A DNA stretch of 64,000 nt from positions 45,301,847-45,365,846 of the forward strand of contig CP154954.1 in assembly GCA_039621445.1 (NCBI GenBank), in the 5' to 3' direction. This document shows positions 37,335 to 47,563 of this stretch, piece by piece. The notes beneath the pieces were generated by a model. It was given only the letters and a program-made list of their open reading frames with translations. It was not told the DNA's origin and searched no databases. The DNA is from Euglena gracilis (lineage: Eukaryota). Within the stretch, counting starts at the first letter, position 1. The number at the start of each line of letters is the position of its first letter. The translations under genes and the position numbers were made by a program.

Positions 37335-38638
37335 GGGGGGGGGGGGTAGTGGGTAGTCGGCCAACTAGTCGGCCGACTACCCACTCTAATGTACTAACGG
37401 GTCAAAACCGCCGACTTTTAAGCCCCCCCCCATGAACAAAATCCAATGCAAACTAGTCGGTGGCTAGTCGGCGGTCATAAAAATGGTCTGTGGCGGGCCC
37501 AAATCACCCGGAAATGGTCCGGATGGGTCCAAATAAGTGTCTTACGCCTAAATAAACACCCCCAGATGGAAATCTTTGGTCAGTGGGGGGTCGGTGGGCC
37601 CTTGATGGAGGTCCGGAGGGGTAAAAAAACAATGATGAAACAGGGATTACATGAAAATCCTTTAGAAATGCAAGCATTCTGCATCACGAGAGGCAGAAAA
37701 CTCCCCCCTCCACCCCAATCCGAGCCTCAAATAACAAAATCCCTTCTGTGTTGGCAACATACTCGGGGGCTAAGTCGTTTTTGTGGCTCACTTTGGCATA
37801 GGGGGGGGGGGGGGGGCTCCGCCCCCCGCACCCCCCCCTCAAATAGCAAAATCCCTTCTATGTTGGCAATAGACTTGGAGGGATAAGACCTTTTTTGTGC
37901 AAATTTTGACATATATTGAAAATTCAATGTTCCGGATGTGTCCAAATAAGTGTCTTACGCGTAAATAAACACCCCCAGATGGAAACCTTTAGTCAGTGGG
38001 GTGTCGGTGGGCCCTTGATGGGGGTCCGGAGGTAAAAAACCACTGATGAAACAGGGATTACATGAAAATCCTTTAGAAATGCAAGCATTCTGCATCACGA
38101 GAGGCAGAAAACTCCCCCCTCCACCCCAATCCGAGCCTCAAATAACAAAATCCCTTCTGTGTTGGCAACATACTCGGGGGCTAAGTCGTTTTTGTGGCTC
38201 ACTTTGGCATAGGCGGGGGGGGGGCTCCCCCCCCCCCCCCCCCCCCCCCCTCAAATAACAAAATCCCTTCTATGTTGGCAATAGACTTGGAGGGATAAGA
38301 CCTTTTTTTGTGCAAATTTTGACTTATGTTGAAAATTCAATGGGGAGAGGTGTACTTTTGTCAAAAGTGGCCCAAAACGGACATTTTCCCCAAATTTTTT
38401 TGCATATTCACCCCCGATTGGGGGGTTCTGGAGCCATTTGGGTGGGTTTTGACTGGTGTTGAGGTGATTTAGACAAAAAAAATTTCCCAGGGGGGGGCTT
38501 AAAAGTCGGCGGTTTTGACCCGTTAGTACATTAGAGTGGGTAGTCGGCCGACTACCCAATTGGTCCGCCGACTAGTCGGCCGACCAATTGGGTAGTCGGC
38601 CGACTAGTCGGCCGACTACCCACTACCCCCCCCCCCCA
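37335..38638. mobile_element. TIR element with TAGTCGGCCGACTA palindromes and internal ~410-bp direct duplication
   Basis: ~37335-37430 is inverted at ~38490-38638; ~37528-37928 is repeated at ~37941-38341. Confidence 0.8.
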
Positions 38639-41176
38639 GTCTACCGTTTGGCACTGCCCCCCACCCAGGGGGGGCATGGGGGTGTGTCTGGGTCGGAATT
38701 TTTTTTTCGCCCAAAAACACTTTTTTTGATGTTCTAAAGTGAAAAAAAGTGTTTTTTGAGCAAAAAAAATTTTCTGTGTCAAGGACTGTGTTTGGGCAGA
38801 GGACTGGTTTGGTCAAGGACTGTGTTTGGGGAGCCCAGGGGCGGGGACCGCGGCGCCGCGGTCGCCCCTGGGCCCCCCTAAAACCTTGGCCCAAAACACT
38901 GTTCTTGTTTGAAACCGTGTTTTGGGCGAAGATTTAAGACTTTTAAAGTCTCGAAATCGGCCCAAACACAGTTTCAATATTTTTGGTCCCGACTTGCCTC
39001 CCGACCCGACCCCCCCCCTCGCCCAGCCGCCCTCACACCGCCCGCAGAGGTCCCCGAATACCCAAAAATGGCCCAAAATGGCACAACCAGACCCCGGGAA
39101 CCCCAAAAAACGGTCAACCCCCCCCCCTAAACCTAATGATTGACCCCCTGGTTTGGGTCCCAACTCCTCATCTGGCCCGAGATACGGCCAAATTACGGTT
39201 TCGGGCCCCGAACGGGCCCGAAACCGCCAAAACTGGCCAAACTGGCCCAAACCCCCAAAACGGCCGTATCTCGGGCTTAGGCGAGGAGTTGGCCCAAACC
39301 GCGCATACCGATCAATCGGGCGTCCCAAAGTTGTGGAATGGCGTCCTCTTTAATCTTTCTCAACTCCGCGGCGTTTTCGAGATACTTTGAATTTTTCGTT
39401 TTTTTGACCCCAAAATCACCCTGCAATTTCCCCGGAAAAAAAAACGGTAGACAACTTTTTTGCTCGGGCCATATCTCCGGACTGGCGGGGAGTTACGGGT
39501 AACCTGAGGGCTCTGGGGAAACTAGGGATCGTCCCCTAACCTATAGGCCATTCATTTTGGAAACCCGGAAATCAGGTCACAACGTAATAATCCTCAGGCC
39601 ACCCTGCCTACCCAGGGAGGGGGGGGGGCGGGCGGGGGGGGGGGGCGGGGGGTAAGCTTCGCTCTTACTCTAAAGAGATAAGAGCTCAGCGACCCCCCAT
39701 CTTAGGCCGCTGTTTGGGGTCAGGATGGAGTTCACTGGCTCAGCAACGCCCTGGTCCTTGCCCAAGTGCGACTTTTCGACCACTTTTTGGTCAAAATCTG
39801 AAAATTTTGAAATGTTCGAAAGTCCCCCCAAAATTTCAACCTTCAACCCATTTCTGAAACCGTGTATTGGGGCTCTGGCTTCACACCCGAACCGGCGTCC
39901 AGAACGCCGGTTCGGGCGGGAAGACGGCGTCCAGGGGACCAAAATAAAAAGTGCCAAAAAGTGTCCAAAATGGTGTTTAGACATGTGGCAATCATATCTG
40001 AGCAGTTTTTGGGGGGTATTTGGTCAGAAATTGGGGTATTTTGTGCAACAATTTCCATTTGGCCAAATTTGGCGATTTTGTGAAATAGATTACCATGCAG
40101 CACGGCTGAAATCTAAGGCCATCTGCTGAAAGCCCTTAGCTTTCGATTGATATGCTGTATGGCACCTGAGGTGTGGGATTTCACAAATTAGGATGTCAAA
40201 TTTTGAAACACACGATCGCTGAAAACAAGCGCTGTGTGCATTATTGCTGAATCCTGTGGCCATCTGTCAAAAGCCCTTGAGAAGAGCTTTCGATTGATGG
40301 GTAACATGGCATCACATTCGTGAAAACTTCAATCGGCCGATCGACATGGCCCTTCGCCCAAAGGAGGTCAAAAATGCTCAAAAAGGTTCAAAAAATGAGT
40401 ATTTAGGCCGAAATTGGCCGTGATTCCTTGAACGCCGGTTCGGGCGTGAAGCAGAGCCTCTAATCCACGGGTTCAACAACTGTGTTCAGAACGCCGGTTC
40501 GGGTGTGAAGCCGTGTTCCAGAACGCCGGTTCGGGCTGCGTTCTGAACACAGTTTTCGTATCAGAGACTTTTATGCACAAAAATCAGCGAAAAAAAGTGC
40601 CATCACGTCACTCGGGCAAAGCAGAGGATTTTGGCCAGGTGTCAGGTCGTTGGGTGAAGGGGATAATTCAGTGCCTGCCAGCACCACAAAATTTGTCGAA
40701 GAAGAATTCCTTGCGCCCTTCTTCTGCACAATTGGTCCCTTCCCAACAAGGATGGGAAAATGTGTTGAGATGGGGAAAAAGATGGGAAGAAATTTTTTGT
40801 CCAACGTTCATCAAATTTTTCTTTTTCTGAAAAATTCAGTTTCCTTTGTTGTTCAATGCATCAACTCTTTTTTCACTCAAATTTTCTTGAATTCATTCAT
40901 TTGTGGAGGCAACTTTTCCTGTGGCTCTTGGCACTTTTCGGAGGTGCTGGAAAAATGCTGGAAATTCCGGCACAGTGTATTCATGTCAAAGGGCCAAATT
41001 CTTTAATTAACAACATCGAATTGAGTGACCGATGGATGTTGCACAAAGAAAAGAAGAAACACCACTTGGAAAAAATCCCAATTCTTAAGTTTCCGTGTCA
41101 CAGAGTTGCAAACCTGTGGAGTCCTTCTCAGCGCCCTGAAAGATAAATTCATAAGGATGGTGACGTAACTACAGTG

Positions 41177-41626
41177 TCATACCGCCTTTGCCTCCCCCTT
41201 CTCCGCTGGGTCCTTGTCCAACTCATCGAACTTTGGTCCCTTCGTAACAACAACCATCAAGCGTGCTTGACCACGCTCAGAGAGCGAAGTTTCAACCTTT
41301 GTAACCTGCAGGCAAGAGGAATTTTGACGTGGTAAATATTCCTTTCCGAAGCAAACCGTGACTAACCCTTCTTGTCTCTTGAGAATCTCACAGGCACCAA
41401 CAACGGTTGTGGTGGCATCACCTAAACCTGTAAGCTTGACTTCCAGTTCACCACCTACAAAAACAAAACAAATTGTCTGCAGTCCTTTAAAAAAAGAAGG
41501 AGAACCATGAAGGAATCGCTTCGTAAGGTTAGCATAGAACACAGGAGATCGCTGCAAGCTAACACTGATGGTGTTCGCAGTTCCCTCTTTATGTTCTGCG
41601 GGCGCTGGAGTTTGCTCCTCAGCCAT
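41177..41626 (-). CDS. ALBA: Alba-domain nucleic-acid-binding protein, 115 aa after splicing; exons 41626-41506, 41454-41357, 41305-41177
   Basis: NTISVSLQRSPVFYANLTKRFL..EVKLTGLGDATTTVVGACEILK..KVETS..ARLMVVVTKGPKFDEL fits the small eukaryotic Alba pattern (family-level call). Two GT-AG introns, 41505-41455 and 41356-41306, account for the two inserted peptides. Confidence 0.88.
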   Translation of the reverse strand: MAEEQTPAPAEHKEGTANTISVSLQRSPVFYANLTKRFLHGSPSFFKGLQTICFVFVGGELEVKLTGLGDATTTVVGACEILKRQEGLVTVCFGKEYLPRQNSSCLQVTKVETSLSERGQARLMVVVTKGPKFDELDKDPAEKGEAKAV

Positions 41627-41729
41627 CTTTGGTCTCGAACAGAAAAGTTCTTTTGTGTGTGGGAATTAGGAATTACTACAACCCTTTTTCAATGATTTTT
41701 CTTCTTCCTTGAAGGCGAAAGGTCGCTGA
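41627..41729. promoter_or_regulatory. Compact divergent intergenic region with candidate trans-splice acceptors on both strands
   Basis: Plus: TTTTTCTTCTTCCTTGAAG (AG 41713-41714) before ATG 41730. Minus: CTTTTCTGTTCGAG just upstream of the Alba ATG. Function is inferred. Confidence 0.45.
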
Positions 41730-44700
41730 ATGTTCCTGAATGACGTTCCTGGCGGTGTGAGAAGACCACCTACTGCAGAGGCTGGCGATAGATTTGGGCA
41801 ATCCGGATTGATGAGTAGTCCAAGCCGGGTACTCTACTTCCGCCACCTACCAGACTATGCAACTGACTCCGAGATTAATGCTGCATGTGCACCTTTTGGT
41901 GTTGTCACAAATATCCTGAAGCTGTTGAACAAGAAGGAGGCTTTCGTCGAGTTTGCTTCCCTACAGTCAGCCCAAAAATTCATGCACAACACCGGAGGCA
42001 ACACCATTGTACGTGGGAAGCACGTGAAGGTTGTGTACTCGGACAGGCAAAATCTGACACTGCACACTGATTTGCATGAAACGCCTCCAAACAACATTCT
42101 ATTTGTCCTGGTCACTCTGCTCCTTCATCCCGTGGATGTTGACACTTTGTACCAAGTGTTTTCCATGGCTGGACGAGTGCGGAAAGTTGCAATATCACCC
42201 AAGAATGGACAAATTCAAGGCTTTGTGGAGATGGAGAGTGTTCAAGAAGCTGCCACCGCAAAAGAGCAGTTCAATGGAAAACACATTTTTACTGGATCTT
42301 GCCACATGCAGATTCAATTCTCCCGGTCAAACGCCAACTCACAGCCTTTTGATTTCTGAATACATTTTAATTTTGCAAATCAAACAGTGCAAGTTGGCGT
42401 CTGCTGAAGACTAACTTCCATTGATGCAAAGTTGTGTGCAAAGGACTACACAGTTGAGAACCAGGGACAACCGTCCTTGCTCTCAACTCCGCCAGGTGCC
42501 CTGGGACCTCCAGCTTATCCCATGGCTTCCACTGGAATTCCCCCAGCAGCTCCTCCTCCACCAATGCAACCCGCCTACGGAACATCCAGCACCATGACCT
42601 ATCAGCCACCACCACCACAACAACCGCAAGATGATGGCAGCCAAATGTGGCAACAGCAGGCACAGTTGTATCCTGCTCCTCCAGCGACTTCTTATCAACG
42701 TGTTTTGTGGGTTAAAAATGTGGATGAAAGGGCAACGCCACAGATACTGTTCAACTTATTTGGCACAGCAGGAGATGTCATGAAGGTGAAAAAGCTGTTC
42801 AGGAAGCGTGACATGGCACTGCTGGAGTTCCGGGACTCCAGCCAAGCCTGGTCAGCACTCACCAACTTGAACAGATGCCCTCTCATCGGAAAGATTCTCC
42901 AAGTCAGCTGGTCACGCACAGGCTGGTCTCAATTCTGGGTTTCCGGATTTTTTTCTGGCAACAATTGTGGAGTTCACGAAGACTAACCCAGGTTCCACTC
43001 CTCGAAAGTCAGGGACTTGACTTGGAACAGAAATTGATCCAAAATGCTGACCAATCTCTGACAAAATTCGAAAACTTGGGGTGAATGAGGGAGTGGGATT
43101 TTACGCTTCAAATTTTGGTAAAACTCCAAGCCTGACTGCAGGCTAAAAGTTATGCTGAATGCCCAAGACCGATTCCCCACCACAATTCTCAATAAAATTT
43201 GGTGGGGGTCGCAGAGCGACGGAAGGGTTGGCAGCTGATTCTGATAAAAACCGTCAGGACAACGCTCATCACTGATCCTGCCACCCCAGTGGTTAACCCC
43301 CCCAACCAAAAAATGGTGTTAGTTTTCTCTAAAGGAATTTCCGGTCATGTTTGCTACTCGAGCACCACCAAACCGAAAACCTAACCCTAACCCTATTCCT
43401 TCAAGAACCAAAATTTCCGAATTTCCTTTCCTTGCATTCTGGTGGCGGAACGATGCAATCACTTGATTGGCTTTTGATACAAACCCCCGGGGTGTCACCA
43501 CAAAAAATGTGAAAACTGGAGGGGAGTCCACCCCACCTTTTTTTTCAACCCAACAGGCCCAGCCAGACTTGGATTTGGACTGTTTTTGCCTGCTTTTGGG
43601 TGGGGTACCCACTGAGTGCCGCTGCCAGCCCCCCGGGGTGTCCAGCCAGCACCTTTTTCCAGCTGGCCCCCCCTCTCCCCCCAGGAGATTCCGCAAGAAA
43701 ATTCCTGACTCGGGCAGGCCGGTTGGATAGAAAGAACACCAAAATATCAGTCTGGTTGCATCACCCCTATTTGATGTCAACAGGAGCAGAGGACGATGGT
43801 CTTACCCAAGATTTCAGCAACTCTGACATGCATCGTTTCCGGAAGCCAGAGAGCAGGAACTTCGATCACATCCGCCCACCGTGCGACACGCTGCACATAT
43901 CTTGCAACATTCCTTTGGATCCTGAGGCTTTGGCTTCCCTGTTTTGGCAGTATGGTGCTGTTCAAAGTTGCGAACTGTTCAAGACAGACAACACCAGGGC
44001 CACAAGCAGGCAAGTGCTCAGAAGCAGCACACACCGAGCCCAAATCAAGTGATCTGCGTGTTGAGCAGCAATTTGGCTGCTCCCGCAACTTTCGCTCCCG
44101 CAGCGAAAGTTTGTGGGATTTTTTGGAAAGAGACTTCAAAATAACTTGTTGCCATTTTGGTACTTGTCTGTTATCGTACGACATACCCCCCCCCCTTTTG
44201 GTTATGGTACGACACCCATTTTTTGGGTTATTTAGGGTTAATTAAAGGTATAGGGTTAGGTGCGCACATGCCATGTTGCGCTACATGGCCACGTTGCGCT
44301 ACATGGCCATGTTGCGCTACATGGCCATGTAGCGCAACATGGCTGTGTAGCGCAACATGGCCATTAGCGCACCTAACCCTACTCCTTCAATAGCCCCATA
44401 ATAGCGCTACATGGCCTTGTAGCGCAACCTGGCTGTGTAGCGCAACGTGGCCGTGTAGCGCAACATGGCCATGTAGCGCAACGTGGCCATTAGCGCCTAA
44501 CCCTATTCCTTTAAATAACCCTAAAACAACTCAAAAAACAGGTGTCGTACCATAACCAAAAGGGGGGGGGTTATGTCGTACGATAACAGACAAGTACCGC
44601 CATTTTTTTGCCGTTTTTTGGGGGGGGTTTCCACTCAAGAATCAGGCTGGAAACCAGGCTGGTTGGATTTGGGCTTTTTTTTGCCTTGCTTCGGGTGCCA

Positions 44701-47563
44701 GCCGGGTCAACCCACAGCTGCACAAGGATCCCCGCAAACCTGTGGGTGGTGGGGGAGTCCAACCCACCCCCAGGCCTTATTTTCGGGGGCGCCGAATTTT
44801 GGGTCAAAGTTTTCCTTCGGCACCAAGGGAATTTTCTTTGAGTGGGTGTCATGGCGGGGGGGTCAGTGTTGTATGGGAAGCTCCGCAGACATGAGGTACG
44901 TGGTACCCCCTGGTTTTGGAATGGGGTCCCCCCACCCCCCTCCTCCGACATTCCCAAGCCTGGGTCGACCCCCCCACCTCCCATCTGACTCCCATAATGG
45001 CGCGCATGCGGGGGGGGGTCAAAATATTTCTTCCCACGCTTTCCACGAAAAACCAAGAAAAACTCCAAACCCTGTCTCTAGTGAGAACCCCGGGGTCCAC
45101 AAAGCCCTTTGGGCACCCTCCCTGGTGTTCCAAGCCTTTTTAGAAAAAATCGTGTTCCACCAATTTTTTGGTCGGATCCTTCAGCACCTAATTGTCCGAC
45201 CACATTCGCTGGGCACACACATGGAATAAGTGGGGCCCCCATTCTTGGGAGGTGTGGGGGTTTATTCCCCCCCCCCCCTGGGGACTTTTAATTGATTAAC
45301 TGATTAATTATTAACTGGAGTTTAATAGGTTGCGCGATTTTGCCCAAAAAAGCAAGTCGGTGGACACTGACGAGGTTCATTTTCTCCGGGGGGGGAGAGC
45401 TCCGAAGAAAGGGCCAGAAGGGCAGAATGCATTGCTCAAACCAGACAGAAGTCAAAGTGCATCTAAGGGGGGCAGGAGCCCCCCCCCCCTTCGGGCACTC
45501 AAACAGTTTAATGGGTCCCCCGATGTGCCAACAAAATGATGATTCGGAAAAAGTATCAGCCAGATGCATGTGGTGGGGTATGGTGGCCCACTTTGTGCCA
45601 TGACTCTCACTTGGACTTGAAACTTCTTTTTTTTTTGTGGTTTCCTCCCCCTTCCCCTCCCCCTTGGGACCTTCCCCTGGTCAGCCAGGGTGGGTGGGGG
45701 GGGCACCAGTGGTCTTTCTCTTGAAGGAACCTTGGTGCGGATGACAACAATCAAAATTATACAGAAACCTTTGGTTCTCGAAATGGGTGGGTTGCCTTTC
45801 TCCTGGTTGTATGAGGAATCAACTGCAAGCACCTGTCTGCAAAAGATCAAGATGGATTCTGTTGAAAGTGCAGTTCATGCTTTGGTCGCTTTGCATGGAT
45901 ATGTGATGGATCCAACCAGGCTCCTGTAAATGCCTTTTGACCTTTTGCAGAAGGCTTCACCATTTTGATAGAAACTTCTAAAAAAAATTCAAGAAGAAAA
46001 TTCTTCCAAACAAAGAGCAAGAATGTGGTGGCTTCCAAGGTTTATTTGTGATTGACAGTGACAATTCAATCGCTTCCCCAACAAATGGCGACATTTTACT
46101 TTTTTTCCACCAAAAGCTTCTTTGGCCAAACCGGATGGTTCAGGTTGCTGGTTGCGCAGTCCATCTTCACCCCCATATTTTCTGTTCGTAGAATGATTTC
46201 CTCATCTCAGAAGCCTGGATCCTACAGCTCAAGGTCATGAAAAATATTCTGGGAAGGGCATCTGGATTGCTTTTGCCGCTTGCAAGCCGCGTCCTGCAAG
46301 GGGAAGACCAAGGCTTGAAGGTGCCCCACCGCAAGTTGAGGATCCCTCATCATATTACAGTTCCCAGGGCATGTGCGAAACTTCTTTTGCAAATTCTTTT
46401 CTTTCTTGCCTGTTTGGCTGTTTCGCAATGTCCTGTGTCTGGCTACCCTACCGAGCCGGAGTCTTTTGGCACCATGCTCCCGCCACCCCCACCCAGACGT
46501 TCATTTATTGCATCAGCAAAAAAATTTGTGTATCACTGTGCATCACATATATCACAAAAATTTTTAGTGCATTAAATGTGTATCACGAAAAAAGCAGGTG
46601 ACAAAAATGCGACACGTTTTGTTCCCTGCAATTTCTTGAGTTTCTCTGAAATGATTTGATCTGGGCCATACCATTGCTCAACACCTGTCCTACCCCACCC
46701 CGGGGGGGTGACTGACTGGTTTTTTCAGAGTGACTGACTGGTTTTTTCAGAGTGACTGACTGGTTTTTGGCCAAGAGCCCCCCCCCCCCCGGGGGGGTGG
46801 GGTAGGCCCGAAAATGAAAAAGTGACGCCAAAGGCGCCGGAAATTTTTTGGATTTTTTGAGACTTTTTGGCAATATTTCATTGCCTCCTGAAGAGTGGCT
46901 GATCCCCCCAGGGGGGGGGGTAAAGTGACTGACTGGTTTTTTTCAGAGTGGAAAGTGACCGCCCCCGGGGGGGGTCGCCAAGCAATGGTATGATCTGGGC
47001 CCAATTGTTCCTGATACCAAACTTTTTGTCCTTTTTTTATTGTCTTTTTGATTTTTGGGGGGGGCCAGTGCATATCAAAAATTTCGACATTTTTTTCACT
47101 CGGAAGACCACCTCCACACACACAGACAAGAAGGGCCAAAGGCAATACCACAAAGAAATTTGTGTATCACTTGCACATCACAGCGACATTATGATATACA
47201 CCAAGTGAATGTCTGCCCACACCCCCACCGCCCGCTGAGAACTACGACGGCTTTCAACCTTCATATGGGCCCAGTGGCATGAATCGGTACGGACACCAAT
47301 ACCCAGAATCCTGTTGGAACCCTCCCCCACCAAAAGAAAAAGATTGGATGCACCATGGTCCAGCATTGTCTGTCCACTTGGCCGGAAGACTTTTTTTGCA
47401 AGGGTTTTGGGTGGGTGGGTTGATTGAAAACAAGAAGGCATTCGATTCCATTGTCCTCTGCGTTTCCCCAGAGGTCTGCATGAATGGAAACATCACATTT
47501 TTCTGAAAGAAAGAATCTTGTTAACATTTTTTTTCTGGAAAATCCAGCGGATTCTGTTCCCAA
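41730..47563 (+). CDS. PTB: PTB/hnRNP-L family protein, 4 RRMs, predicted 561 aa; exons 41730-42324, 42409-42915, 43760-44003, 45845-45913, 46223-46361, 46441-46490, 47221-47300, 47562-47563
   Basis: PSRVLYFRHLP; HPVDVDTLYQVFS..NGKHIFTGSCHMQIQFSR|LTSI..KDYT; TPQILFNLFG..GDVMKVK; DGLTQDFSNSDMHRFRKPESRNFDHIRPPCDTLH; RAT|IKMDSVESAVHALVALHG; GIWIAF. Exon lengths sum to 1686 nt with no internal stop. Alternative start at 41811. Family-level call; last two exons less certain. Confidence 0.88.
42325..42408 (+). other. PTB intron 1 (84 nt), readable as non-canonical or as GT-AG (42326-42409)
   Basis: ACGCCAACT / AGTTGGCGT stem; both registers give FSR|LTS. Confidence 0.8.
42916..43759 (+). other. 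PTB intron 2 (844 nt), non-canonical
   Basis: CAGGCTGGT / ATCAGTCTG stem; C|G...C|A; joins SWSH-HPYL. Confidence 0.82.
44004..45844 (+). other. PTB intron 3 (1841 nt), non-canonical
   Basis: CAGGCAAGTGCT / AGCACCTGTCTG stem; joins RAT-IKM, restoring RRM4. Confidence 0.85.
44159..44598. mobile_element. Foldback MITE with GG...CC termini and 8-bp TSD GCCATTTT (Merlin-like by termini/TSD)
   Basis: TIR GGTACTTGTCTGTTATCGTACGACATA; TSD at 44151-44158 and 44599-44606; internal 18-bp GTTGCGCTACATGGCCAT repeats in both orientations. Confidence 0.9.
45914..46222 (+). other. PTB intron 4 (309 nt), non-canonical
   Basis: CAGGCTCCTG / CAGAAGCCTG stem; flanks GATCCAAC / GATCCTAC. Confidence 0.85.
46362..46440 (+). 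other. PTB intron 5 (79 nt), non-canonical
   Basis: CAGGGCATGTGCGAAAC / GTTTCGCAATGTCCTG stem; phase-0 join YYS|GYP. Confidence 0.78.
46491..47220 (+). other. PTB intron 6 (730 nt), non-canonical, MITE-derived
   Basis: CAGACGTTCA / TGAATGTCTG stem; flanks CCCCCACC / CCCACACC; TGTATCAC subterminal motifs. Confidence 0.82.
46667..46992. mobile_element. CA...TG MITE with 8-bp TSD ATCTGGGC, nested in intron 6
   Basis: TIR CATACCATTGCT / AGCAATGGTATG; TSD at 46659-46666 and 46993-47000; GTGACTGACTGGTTTTTTCAGA repeats. Relatives at ~26140, ~48270, ~51250 and ~52070. Confidence 0.9.
47301..47561 (+). other. PTB intron 7 (261 nt), non-canonical; splicing creates the TAA stop
   Basis: CAGAATCC / GGATTCTG stem; T|AA join. 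Confidence 0.65.
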
